Shown here in pieces: positions 14,849-23,166 of a DNA stretch of 64,000 nucleotides. A program made the position numbers and the translations under genes. Under the pieces are notes generated by a model. That model saw only the letters and a program-made list of their open reading frames with translations, did not search any database and was not told the DNA's origin. Source of the stretch: Eggerthellales bacterium (GTDB taxonomy: Bacteria > Actinomycetota > Coriobacteriia > Coriobacteriales > Eggerthellaceae); NCBI GenBank assembly GCA_029219345.1, contig JAQXTF010000071.1, positions 24 to 64,023 of the forward strand, written 5' to 3'. The first letter of the stretch is position 1. The number at the start of each line of letters is the position of its first letter.

Positions 14849-16663
14849 GTGTTTGAGGAAAACTTCGAGAATAGGGACGGCGAGCGCTCCACTATGAAGT
14901 CCTACGAGTATCTGGAGCGCGCCCGCATAGCCCATGCGGAAGGGGAGGAGTCCCTGGCCGCGTCTTTGTATTTGGCGGCGTTTGACTGCGCGCAGCGTGA
15001 AGACGTTGGCCCTCTGGATGATTTTGTGGAGGGACTGAAGCAGGCGTGGTTTATTGCGGCCGTTCAGAAGCGTCGCACTTTGGCTGAACACGTGTTTGAG
15101 CTTATGGAGCCCTTCCTTACTTCTGAAGAAGTTGAACGCTATGCTCTGCGACTGCAGGATCTAGCTATGGACAAGCTGGAAGAGTATGGTGTTGACCGCG
15201 GTGAGCTGGAGGAGATCTTGGACGCAGTTCCCCAAGAGATTGCCAATATGCGGGCAATGAAAGCCGAGACCCCAGCTCCCTTCAATATGCCTTTCTTCGG
15301 TCTTGACTTTGTTTCCATTTTGCCTTCTGCTGATGAAGTGAAGCGGATGGTTGAAGAGAACGCCGCCGCTTTTGAGCGCTCTATGGGACAGGAGCATGCT
15401 TGCCAATGCCATGAGGCGGATGACGGGGATGATGCCGAATGCCCTGAGTGCGATTGCGACGGAGCTTGCGACTGCCATGAGGAAAAAGATGAACAGGCAG
15501 TGGAGCCTAAGAAGACTGCACCTGCTGGCGGCCCTCAAATAAATCTTACGGCATTTAATAGCGCGCAGAATGTGCCGCCGTTTTTGAACCATTTGTTGCA
15601 GGGCGCCGGAAATGCCATGGCTGGTTTTGGTTTTCCGCCCATGGGGCAGCAACGTCCCGCCATTGAAGAAGATCGTCTGACCTATGATGATATGGCTGGA
15701 TTTGAGCGCGTCATTGAAAAGATGCAGGCTTTTGGCATTGGCGTTGACCGCGACCCTGAATTCAAGGAATTTATCGCCTTGCTTAACGAAAAGCATGGTC
15801 TTCATGGTATGCCCATCTGCGATACCCTCATTTTCCGCTCTCCCGCCCGCGAGGATGCCAGCCACTTTATGGATGCCACCTTTGGTGAGCTGGGGACTCC
15901 TGGTTTGCGCGTTCATGTTGAAGAAGGGTCTCAGGGCAATCTGGTGCTTTGCGTGTTCGCCCAGACCCGCCAAGGTCTTCGTTTGAACGCAGCGAAAAAC
16001 GAGATTGAGGGCCAAGGCGTCTTGGTTCTGGAGGATATTGACCTGTGGGGCCATCTGCTTGCCCAGGAAGAAGGTTGCAAAGGCTGCGGCCAAGGCAACG
16101 ATCAACACAGCAATAAGGGCGTCCGCGAGGCTATTCGCCTAATTCGATCAGCGGTGGAAAACCCTGAGGTGTACGTGCTGGCCTCGTGCTCTGCCGATGG
16201 CGCTATTGATGGCTTCCTTTTGGATTTGTTGGATCCCTTCACCATGGTTGATATCGAGTATCCCACCGAAGCCGAGCGCGCCTCTCAGTGGAAGGCCTTG
16301 ATGGTGGAGCATCCCTCCCTTGCAGAAGCCGACCTTGACACCCTGGTTGCCTATTCTAAGGGTTTGCCCCGTTTTGACATCTATATGGCGGCCCGTGAAG
16401 CCATTGATACCTGCTACAAAGCCTCGCTGGTCTCCCGCGTGTACGAACCGGTACATACGGGTCTGATTTGCGAGAAGCTCGCTGCCTATCAGCCCCTTGA
16501 GTCCGATGAGTATAAGAATCTGGAGAACAAGGCAGTTGAAGACTTCCGTCATGAGCTGGATGATCTTGATGCGCTGCTGAGCTTCGAAGGGGCGCAAAAT
16601 GTGGCCGATTTGCTGGGGGAGGACTTTGATGAGCTGGAGCCAGGCGAATCTGCCCCTGAGTAA
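14849..16663 (+). CDS. Hypothetical protein: N-terminal helical (MIT/TPR-like) region, acidic Cys/His-rich insert, and a C-terminal AAA+-like domain lacking a Walker A P-loop
   Basis: CQCHEADDGDDAECPECDCDGACDCHEE lies at nt 15401-15478. GVLVLEDIDLW resembles Walker B. LASCSADGAIDGFLLDLLDPFTMVDIEYPTEAER resembles the AAA sensor/second region of homology. No GxxGxGK[ST] motif is present anywhere. Confidence 0.5.
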   Translation: MFEENFENRDGERSTMKSYEYLERARIAHAEGEESLAASLYLAAFDCAQREDVGPLDDFVEGLKQAWFIAAVQKRRTLAEHVFELMEPFLTSEEVERYALRLQDLAMDKLEEYGVDRGELEEILDAVPQEIANMRAMKAETPAPFNMPFFGLDFVSILPSADEVKRMVEENAAAFERSMGQEHACQCHEADDGDDAECPECDCDGACDCHEEKDEQAVEPKKTAPAGGPQINLTAFNSAQNVPPFLNHLLQGAGNAMAGFGFPPMGQQRPAIEEDRLTYDDMAGFERVIEKMQAFGIGVDRDPEFKEFIALLNEKHGLHGMPICDTLIFRSPAREDASHFMDATFGELGTPGLRVHVEEGSQGNLVLCVFAQTRQGLRLNAAKNEIEGQGVLVLEDIDLWGHLLAQEEGCKGCGQGNDQHSNKGVREAIRLIRSAVENPEVYVLASCSADGAIDGFLLDLLDPFTMVDIEYPTEAERASQWKALMVEHPSLAEADLDTLVAYSKGLPRFDIYMAAREAIDTCYKASLVSRVYEPVHTGLICEKLAAYQPLESDEYKNLENKAVEDFRHELDDLDALLSFEGAQNVADLLGEDFDELEPGESAPE

Positions 16664-17486
16664 AGAGGACTTCTGCAGCCTTATACGGAAAAAAGGCGAA
16701 GAGCTGTACCGTGATTTGCCTTGGCGTAACACGCGCGATGCTTATGAGATTTTGGTCTCAGAGGTCATGCTGCAGCAAACTCAGGTGGCCCGTGTACTTA
16801 CCCGATGGGAACGGTTTTTACATCGTTTTCCCACGGTTGATGCTTTGGCTAGTGCTTCAACTAGCGATATCGTTGATGAGTGGCAGGGCATGGGATACAA
16901 TCGTCGTGCCTTGGCCCTAAAGCGCTGCGCTGATACCTGTGCGGCTAACTACGATGGATGTATTCCCCGTCAGCTGGATGCCCTGTTAGCGTTGCCGGGA
17001 ATTGGGCCTGCCACGGCAGCGGGCGTGCGTGCCTTTGCCTACAATGAGCCGGGTTTGTACCTGGAAACCAATGTGCGCACAGTGTTTCTCCATGAGCTTT
17101 TCCCCGACGAAGAAGGGGTATCCGATAAGGTGATTGCCCCACTGGTGCAAGAGTCGTGCCCGCAGCAAAACGTTCGCAGCTGGTATTACGCCTTGCTGGA
17201 TTATGGCGCGCATCTGAAAGCTACGGTTTCTAATCCCAGCCGCCGAAGCAAGGAGTACAATCGCCAGAGCAAGTTCGAGGGCTCTCGCCGACAAAAGCGC
17301 GCCGAGATTGTGCGCTTGGTTCTGGCATGCCCTGGTGTTTCTGTCCGGGAAGTGCTTGATGGCCTCAATGCTTTTGAAGCTGCTGCTGGCCGTGATGCCG
17401 TTGATAGCGAATACTTTAAGGGCTTGCTTTTTGATTTGCAAAAGGAGGGCTTCTTCACCCTCGAGGAAGACCGGCTAATACCGTAG
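16629..17486 (+). CDS. HhH-GPD DNA glycosylase, MutY-like catalytic domain only (no Fe-S loop, no NUDIX-like domain)
   Basis: LPWRNTRDAYEILVSEVMLQQTQVARV...FPTV..LA.A....W.GMGYNRRA..L...LPGIGPATAAG closely parallels the E. coli MutY N-terminus. I prefer the ATG at 16629; the ORF-track start at 16599 overlaps the upstream CDS further. Confidence 0.7.
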   Translation: MSWSQANLPLSKEDFCSLIRKKGEELYRDLPWRNTRDAYEILVSEVMLQQTQVARVLTRWERFLHRFPTVDALASASTSDIVDEWQGMGYNRRALALKRCADTCAANYDGCIPRQLDALLALPGIGPATAAGVRAFAYNEPGLYLETNVRTVFLHELFPDEEGVSDKVIAPLVQESCPQQNVRSWYYALLDYGAHLKATVSNPSRRSKEYNRQSKFEGSRRQKRAEIVRLVLACPGVSVREVLDGLNAFEAAAGRDAVDSEYFKGLLFDLQKEGFFTLEEDRLIP

Positions 17487-17497
17487 AGGTTTTTGAT

Positions 17498-18067
17498 ATG
17501 GCGTTTTTTGAGCTGTTTTTGATAGGCGTGGGCTTGTCTATGGACGCATTTGCCGTCTCTGTGTGCAAGGGCCTTGCTATGCCCAAGCTGAGTATGAAGC
17601 ATGCAGCGATCATTGCCCTGTTCTTTGGCGGCTTTCAGGCTCTTATGCCGACGCTGGGATGGGCTTTGGGCACTCAATTCGCCAGCTTGGTTGCATCGTA
17701 TAGCCATTGGATTGCCTTTTCCTTGCTGGCCTTTATCGGCGGCAAGATGCTTTGGGACGTTATCCGCGGCGAAGAGGATGAAGAAGACGATGACTCCTTC
17801 AAGCTGGATTTCAAGGAGCTTCTCATGCTGGCAATTGCTACCAGCATTGATGCTCTAGCAGTAGGTATAACGTTTGCATTCTTGCAGGTAGATGTGGCGC
17901 CAGCGGTATCGCTTATCGGTGTAACCACGTTCGTTATCTCTTTGGCGGGTGTTGCCATCGGACACACCTTTGGTAGTCGCTATGAGCGTCCGGCCACTGT
18001 TGTGGGCGGCATCGTGCTCATTTGCATTGGTCTCAAAATCTTGCTGGAAGGCTTAGGCGTTCTTTAA
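17498..18067 (+). CDS. mntP: Manganese efflux pump MntP
   Basis: MAFFELFLIGVGLSMDAFAVSV... and a second SIDALAVGITFA repeat give the typical two-repeat MntP topology. Confidence 0.85.
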   Translation: MAFFELFLIGVGLSMDAFAVSVCKGLAMPKLSMKHAAIIALFFGGFQALMPTLGWALGTQFASLVASYSHWIAFSLLAFIGGKMLWDVIRGEEDEEDDDSFKLDFKELLMLAIATSIDALAVGITFAFLQVDVAPAVSLIGVTTFVISLAGVAIGHTFGSRYERPATVVGGIVLICIGLKILLEGLGVL

Positions 18068-18101
18068 AAAGGTAGACATCCTGAGATGCTGATCTCTGTG
18101 T

Positions 18102-18551
18102 TTATTCAAGTGTTTGAACCTGTCCGTTCGATGCTATGTAATCAGCCATGCTTTCGTACATGGAGTCCATAAGCTCCTTCATGCTTGATATGTCCATTGC
18201 TTGGTATTGGTCGGTGTATGAATCGTAGTGCTGGTAATACATGTCGTAATAATAAGCATAGTATTCCAGATTAAGACCAACCTGCTCCCACTCGTGGTCC
18301 TGATAGGTGCTGGTGATATCGATGCCTTCGCTCCATCCATATCGCTGAATGATTTTGCCTGTGGCGGTAAAGGTCATAAAGCAGAAAATAGCAATAATGA
18401 TCGCCATGACAATGTGGACAGCCCAATGGGCAAGGGTGTTAGGCTTCGCCTTCATGTCAACCAAGGTGTAAATGGCGTTATATTCTTGCGGGTGTTTTCT
18501 TTTGGTGCTCTCTATTGCATTGGGCTCAATATTTTCACTTTCGTTGGCCAC
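18102..18551 (-). CDS. Hypothetical single-pass membrane protein with a Tyr/Asp/Met-rich C-terminal region
   Basis: One TM segment (LAHWAVHIVMAIIIAIFCFMTFTA), then EYYAYYYDMYYQHYDSYTDQYQAMD. It lies directly downstream of nth on the same strand. Confidence 0.5.
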   Translation of the reverse strand: MANESENIEPNAIESTKRKHPQEYNAIYTLVDMKAKPNTLAHWAVHIVMAIIIAIFCFMTFTATGKIIQRYGWSEGIDITSTYQDHEWEQVGLNLEYYAYYYDMYYQHYDSYTDQYQAMDISSMKELMDSMYESMADYIASNGQVQTLE

Positions 18552-18642
18552 ACGAAATCCTTTCAGCTTTATTTGTACGTAATCTATGGTACAGAAAAGT
18601 CTGAAAACACCCTGAAAGCATGTAGTGCAAATAGGCGGCGTT

Positions 18643-19305
18643 CTATTGTTTTGGAGCGTTCGGGCACAGTCCGTGGGCTGCTAGGGGGCAATTATCGCAT
18701 TGGGGACGGCGTGCGATGCAGATTTCGCGCCCAAACAGCACCCAGCGGCGGTTTATGTTAGCCCACATTTCTTGAGGATAGAGCGCGCAAAGATCTTTTT
18801 CGACGGCAATGGGGTCGTCTCCCTTGGAAAAGCCAAGCACGTGGGCAATGCGGAATACGTGAGTGTCCACGGCAATGCCTTCAGCGATATTGAAGGCTTC
18901 TGCAAGCACCACGTTGGCAGTTTTGCGGCCAACGCCGGGCAGCTTGGTAAGCTCCTTGATGGTACGAGGCACCTGACCATCGTAGAGGTCCAGCACTCCC
19001 TGGGCGCACTTGATGCAATTGGCCGCTTTGCTACGGAAGAACCCAAGGGAATGGATGATTTCTTCAACGTCGGAAAGCTGCGCAGATGCTAATGCTTCAA
19101 TAGTGGGGTAGCGTCGCCACAGCTCTGGGGTCACTTTGTTCACATTTTTGTCGGTTGTTTGGGCCGAAAGCAGGGTGGCAATGGTTAGACGGAAAGGGTC
19201 TCCGCCAAAGTCCAAGGCACACTGCGCATCTGCGTAGCGCTCTTCCATCTGCTGGTAAACTGCAAGGGCTCGTGCCTTTTTATTTGCTTTTGATTCTCTT
19301 GCCAT
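18643..19305 (-). CDS. nth: Endonuclease III
   Basis: LLSAQTTDKNVNKV, LPGVGRKTANVVL, VDTHVFRI, and a C-terminal Fe-S loop C...CDNCPLAAHGLC. I prefer the start at MARESK (ATG rc at 19303-19305) preceded by GGGGGA; the ORF track extends to 19350. Confidence 0.9.
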   Translation of the reverse strand: MARESKANKKARALAVYQQMEERYADAQCALDFGGDPFRLTIATLLSAQTTDKNVNKVTPELWRRYPTIEALASAQLSDVEEIIHSLGFFRSKAANCIKCAQGVLDLYDGQVPRTIKELTKLPGVGRKTANVVLAEAFNIAEGIAVDTHVFRIAHVLGFSKGDDPIAVEKDLCALYPQEMWANINRRWVLFGREICIARRPQCDNCPLAAHGLCPNAPKQ

Positions 19306-19399
19306 GGGTCCCCCGTGCCTAGTGTTGCTGTCTTTGGTAGAATACCGCAATGAGAAAATCTCGCCGCAAAAATTTTGCGGCTATTCGTGTTTTAAGTGA

Positions 19400-19431
19400 A
19401 AACCTGCCAAATTACCCCATCATTTGGCAGG
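19400..19431. repeat. Copy 1 of an identical 32-nt palindromic hairpin element, AAACCTGCCAAAT-TACCCCATC-ATTTGGCAGG
   Basis: Exact string match to 30630-30661 and 44221-44252. The stem is 10 bp (13 bp with flanking A/T) and the loop is 9 nt. This copy sits in the divergent nth/mfd intergenic region. Confidence 0.9.
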
Positions 19432-19456
19432 TTTACGGCAACGGGAAGGTTCGCGC

Positions 19457-22400
19457 GTGCTTATTGATTCGCTGGTGTTTCGCTTTGAGCGAACGGAGGC
19501 CTTGAAGGGCTTTTGGGACAAACTGGATAGAGGCGAAGATGCTACCTTAGGCGTGGCTTCTTCGGCGCGCCCGCTTATGGTTGCTATGCAGTTTGCTCGT
19601 AAGCCCCAGTCAACCTTGGTGGTTATTGCCGGTGAAGAGGCCGCTCTTGGCTTTGCGCGCTCGGTTGCATCGTATTTGGGTGAAGACAAAGTTCTGCGCT
19701 TTATGGAGCGTAGCGATTATCCAGGGAGCGCAAAAGGCCCTGACCTGGCTCTTTGCGCTCGACGTATGGAGGCAGCCTATGCTTTGCGCACCGCCAAGCC
19801 TTGCGTTGTGGTGGCTTCTGCACGCGCTCTGACGCGCTTGCTTCCACCCGCAAATGCCCACGCCTGTGATCCTTTGGTGTTGCGTTGCGGCGACGACTTG
19901 TCCGATGGTGTTGTGGCCGGCCTGGAAAGCTATGAAGATGTGCCGCGCTATCTGGTTGAGCGCGGATACGAGAACGCGGGAGATCAGTTGGACGGCAAGG
20001 GTACCTTCGCGGTTCATGGTGGCACTATTGACATCTATCCCGGCAATTTGCAGTATCCCGTGCGCGTTGACTTTTTTGGCGATGAGATTGATGAAATTCG
20101 CCGCATTGTTCCCACCACAGGTCAAACCATATCTTCATTAAGAGCGGTTGAAATTTTCCCCGTCATTGAATATGCCGCCGATGCTAAGGCATTTCGTCGC
20201 GCGCGGAAAGCTCTGGAATCGCTGGCGAAGACGAATTCCCAGATGAGAGAGCTGCTGGGATACCTGGAAAACATGGAAAGCGGTGTGCGCTTTCCCCATT
20301 CCGACTTGTTGCTGCCTTTTCTGTATGAAGAGACGTCTACTCTGGGCGATTACGCGGGCCCCGATACCCTTACGGCGTTGGTTGAGCCCAAATCGCTGTT
20401 TGATGACTCATCACATGCCTACGATGAGGCATGCGCCAAAGTGGATGGCTGCGGTGTTGCGGTTGACAATCTCTTTGCGCCGCCTACGCAACTGAACTTT
20501 GGAGCGGGTTTGCGCGCCACCTATCTATCGCTCATGGGTATTGGCAAGTCGGTTGATGAAGAGCTGCCCGTAAAGCGCACCGATGTGGCGGGCAAGGGCG
20601 GCAGGCTTATGGGGCGTCTGCGCAATTTCCTGGACGCTGATTTCATGGTAGTGTTTGCGGCTGCAAATGCCCAGGTGAGAAAAGAGATGGAACTTGACTT
20701 CGTGGATGAAGGCCTTCCTATCCATGAGGTGCTGGAGTGGCAACTTGATGGGGAAGAGCAGGCAAAGCGCCGCTTGCGTGCTGGTGTGGTGAACATTATT
20801 GACGCAGAAATTCCCCTTGGCATGGTGTTTCCCAAGGCCAAGCTTGCGCTGGTTTCTATTGCTGACACCCAGGGCGCTCGTTCGGTAAGCTCTGCGGCGC
20901 GAAAAATTGACATTACCGAAATCACGTTTCCTTATAAGCCGGGCGACTACGTTGTGCATGCGGTGCACGGTGTGGCATTGTTTTCTGAATTGACCCGCCG
21001 CGAAATTGACGGTAGCGTGCGCGACTACTTGCTGTTGGAATACGCTGAGGGCGACAAACTGTACGTGCCCGTGGAGCAGCTTGACCGCGTGACCCGCTAC
21101 GTGGGCCCTGAAGGAAGCACGCCGCGTCCCACCCGCCTGAACACCAGCGACTGGTCGCGCGCGCTGCGCAAAGCCAGCAAGGCAACGAAAAAGTTGGCTT
21201 TTGACCTGGTGGATGTGTATGCGCGCCGTGCTGCTACACCGGGCTTCCGCTTTGGCGCTGATACACCGTGGCAGCAAGAGATGGAAGATTCCTTCCCCTA
21301 TACTGAGACTCCCGACCAGCTAGCTGCTATCCAAGACGTGAAGACCGACATGATGAGCGGGCGACCCATGGACCGCCTGATCTGCGGCGATGTGGGCTTT
21401 GGCAAAACCGAGGTGGCCCTCCGTGCGGCCTTTAAGGCGACTCAAGATAAAAAGCAAGTCATGGTGCTGTGTCCCACAACCATTTTGGCGCAGCAACACT
21501 ACACTAACTTTAGGGAGCGATTTGAGCCCTTTGGCATTACCGTTGAGGTACTTTCCCGATTCCGCACGGCTGCGCAGCAACGTGAGGCTCTGAAGGGCTT
21601 TGCCGATGGCACTGTGGAGGTGCTGGTGGGAACCCATCGCCTGCTTTCTCGCGATGTAAACCCCTACGACCTGGGACTGGTAATCATCGATGAGGAGCAG
21701 CGCTTCGGCGTGGGTCACAAGGAGCAGTTCAAGAACCTGCGCGAATCGGTTGACGTGCTTACCCTTTCTGCAACGCCCATTCCCCGTACTATGCAGATGA
21801 GCATGAGCGGCGTGCGCGATATGAGCGTTATCCTCACGCCTCCTGATGACCGCCGGCCCGTGAAGGTGCACGTGGGCGAATGGGATCCTGATGTGGTTTC
21901 TGGAGCAATTCGCTATGAATTGGCTCGCGGTGGTCAGGTGTACTACGTAAGCAACCGCGTGCGCACCATTGACGATGCAGTGGAGCGCGTACGCGAAGCC
22001 GCAGGTGAGGCCCGTGTTGGCGTGGCTCATGGCCAGATGACCAAGGAGCAGCTGGAAAGCGTCATGGAGGAATTTGCCGCAGGAGAGCTGGACGTATTGG
22101 TGGCAACCACCATCATCGAAAGCGGCATCGACAATCCCCATACCAACACCCTCATCATCGAGGATTCCCAGCGTTTGGGCTTGGCTCAAATGTATCAGCT
22201 AAAGGGCCGCGTGGGTCGTTCGAGCGTTCAGGCGTTCGCCTACTTCATGTACCCTGAGAAAGTGGTGCTTACAGAAGAGGCAACAGCGCGCTTGCTGGCA
22301 ATTAACGAGCATCAGGAACTGGGCAGCGGTATGCGCATTGCCATGCGTGACCTGGAGATTCGCGGCGCTGGTGACATTTTGGGCGCGGAACAAAGCGGCC

Positions 22401-23155
22401 AAATGAGCGCCGTGGGTTTCGACCTGTTTGCCCAGATGCTGGGCCAGGCGGTGCTTGAGGCTCGCACGGGAACCGCAAGCGACGGGGGAGAGGTGGTTTT
22501 GCCTCCGGCCCTTAGCGATATTACCGTGAATATTCCTGGCAAAACGTATTTGTCTGACGATTATCTTCCTAATGTGGATGAGCGCGTGCTGTGGTACAGG
22601 CGCATTGCCAGTGCGGCTACCGTTGAGCAGGCTCAGGCCATTCAGGAAGACCTGGAAGGTAAGCACCCCGATATGCCCGTTGAGGCGCGCAACCTGTTCT
22701 TGAAGACGCGGGTGAAGGCATATTGCAATGAACACGATATTAAGAGCATTGTTGTTGCCGGTGGCAAGTTGACCATTGAGCCCGTGGCGGTGACCAGGGA
22801 AAAGTCCCTTGAATTGCGCCGCGCTGGGGGCAAATATATCCCCGAGAAGAAGCGCCTTTCGGTTCCTATGAAATACTTCAAGCTTGGTGATGAAGATACG
22901 CCGTTGGGCGTGCTGAGCGCGTTTTTGGAGTCGCTTGAGCTTCAAGAAGGCGAAAAGCCTGCTCCAAAGCCCAAGGCTGCTCCTGTAACGCCGAGGCCAA
23001 CCACCCGCGCAAAGGAAGGTGTTGGTCATAATTCCTTTGCTCGGAAGAGCTCGTCCAGCTCAAGCACCAGCTCAAGCCGCACTAGCGCTAGCCGTACGGC
23101 AGCTGAGCGACGTAATATGACCACCCGTACCATTCATCGTAGACACAACTGGTAG
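19457..23155 (+). CDS. mfd: Transcription-repair coupling factor Mfd
   Basis: GDVGFGKTEVALRAAF, DEEQRFGV, the TRG motif region, and the CarD-like KPGDYVVHAVHGV. I prefer the GTG at 19457 (GGGAAGG 7 nt upstream), because the ORF-track TTG at 19424 lies inside the palindromic repeat. Confidence 0.9.
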   Translation: MLIDSLVFRFERTEALKGFWDKLDRGEDATLGVASSARPLMVAMQFARKPQSTLVVIAGEEAALGFARSVASYLGEDKVLRFMERSDYPGSAKGPDLALCARRMEAAYALRTAKPCVVVASARALTRLLPPANAHACDPLVLRCGDDLSDGVVAGLESYEDVPRYLVERGYENAGDQLDGKGTFAVHGGTIDIYPGNLQYPVRVDFFGDEIDEIRRIVPTTGQTISSLRAVEIFPVIEYAADAKAFRRARKALESLAKTNSQMRELLGYLENMESGVRFPHSDLLLPFLYEETSTLGDYAGPDTLTALVEPKSLFDDSSHAYDEACAKVDGCGVAVDNLFAPPTQLNFGAGLRATYLSLMGIGKSVDEELPVKRTDVAGKGGRLMGRLRNFLDADFMVVFAAANAQVRKEMELDFVDEGLPIHEVLEWQLDGEEQAKRRLRAGVVNIIDAEIPLGMVFPKAKLALVSIADTQGARSVSSAARKIDITEITFPYKPGDYVVHAVHGVALFSELTRREIDGSVRDYLLLEYAEGDKLYVPVEQLDRVTRYVGPEGSTPRPTRLNTSDWSRALRKASKATKKLAFDLVDVYARRAATPGFRFGADTPWQQEMEDSFPYTETPDQLAAIQDVKTDMMSGRPMDRLICGDVGFGKTEVALRAAFKATQDKKQVMVLCPTTILAQQHYTNFRERFEPFGITVEVLSRFRTAAQQREALKGFADGTVEVLVGTHRLLSRDVNPYDLGLVIIDEEQRFGVGHKEQFKNLRESVDVLTLSATPIPRTMQMSMSGVRDMSVILTPPDDRRPVKVHVGEWDPDVVSGAIRYELARGGQVYYVSNRVRTIDDAVERVREAAGEARVGVAHGQMTKEQLESVMEEFAAGELDVLVATTIIESGIDNPHTNTLIIEDSQRLGLAQMYQLKGRVGRSSVQAFAYFMYPEKVVLTEEATARLLAINEHQELGSGMRIAMRDLEIRGAGDILGAEQSGQMSAVGFDLFAQMLGQAVLEARTGTASDGGEVVLPPALSDITVNIPGKTYLSDDYLPNVDERVLWYRRIASAATVEQAQAIQEDLEGKHPDMPVEARNLFLKTRVKAYCNEHDIKSIVVAGGKLTIEPVAVTREKSLELRRAGGKYIPEKKRLSVPMKYFKLGDEDTPLGVLSAFLESLELQEGEKPAPKPKAAPVTPRPTTRAKEGVGHNSFARKSSSSSSTSSSRTSASRTAAERRNMTTRTIHRRHNW

Positions 23156-23166
23156 GAGGCGTTTCC

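Noticed and set aside
17487-17497. yybP-ykoY manganese riboswitch in front of mntP
   Set aside because: Only 11 nt separate the upstream stop from the mntP ATG, so there is no room for the RNA. mntP appears co-transcribed with the MutY-like gene.
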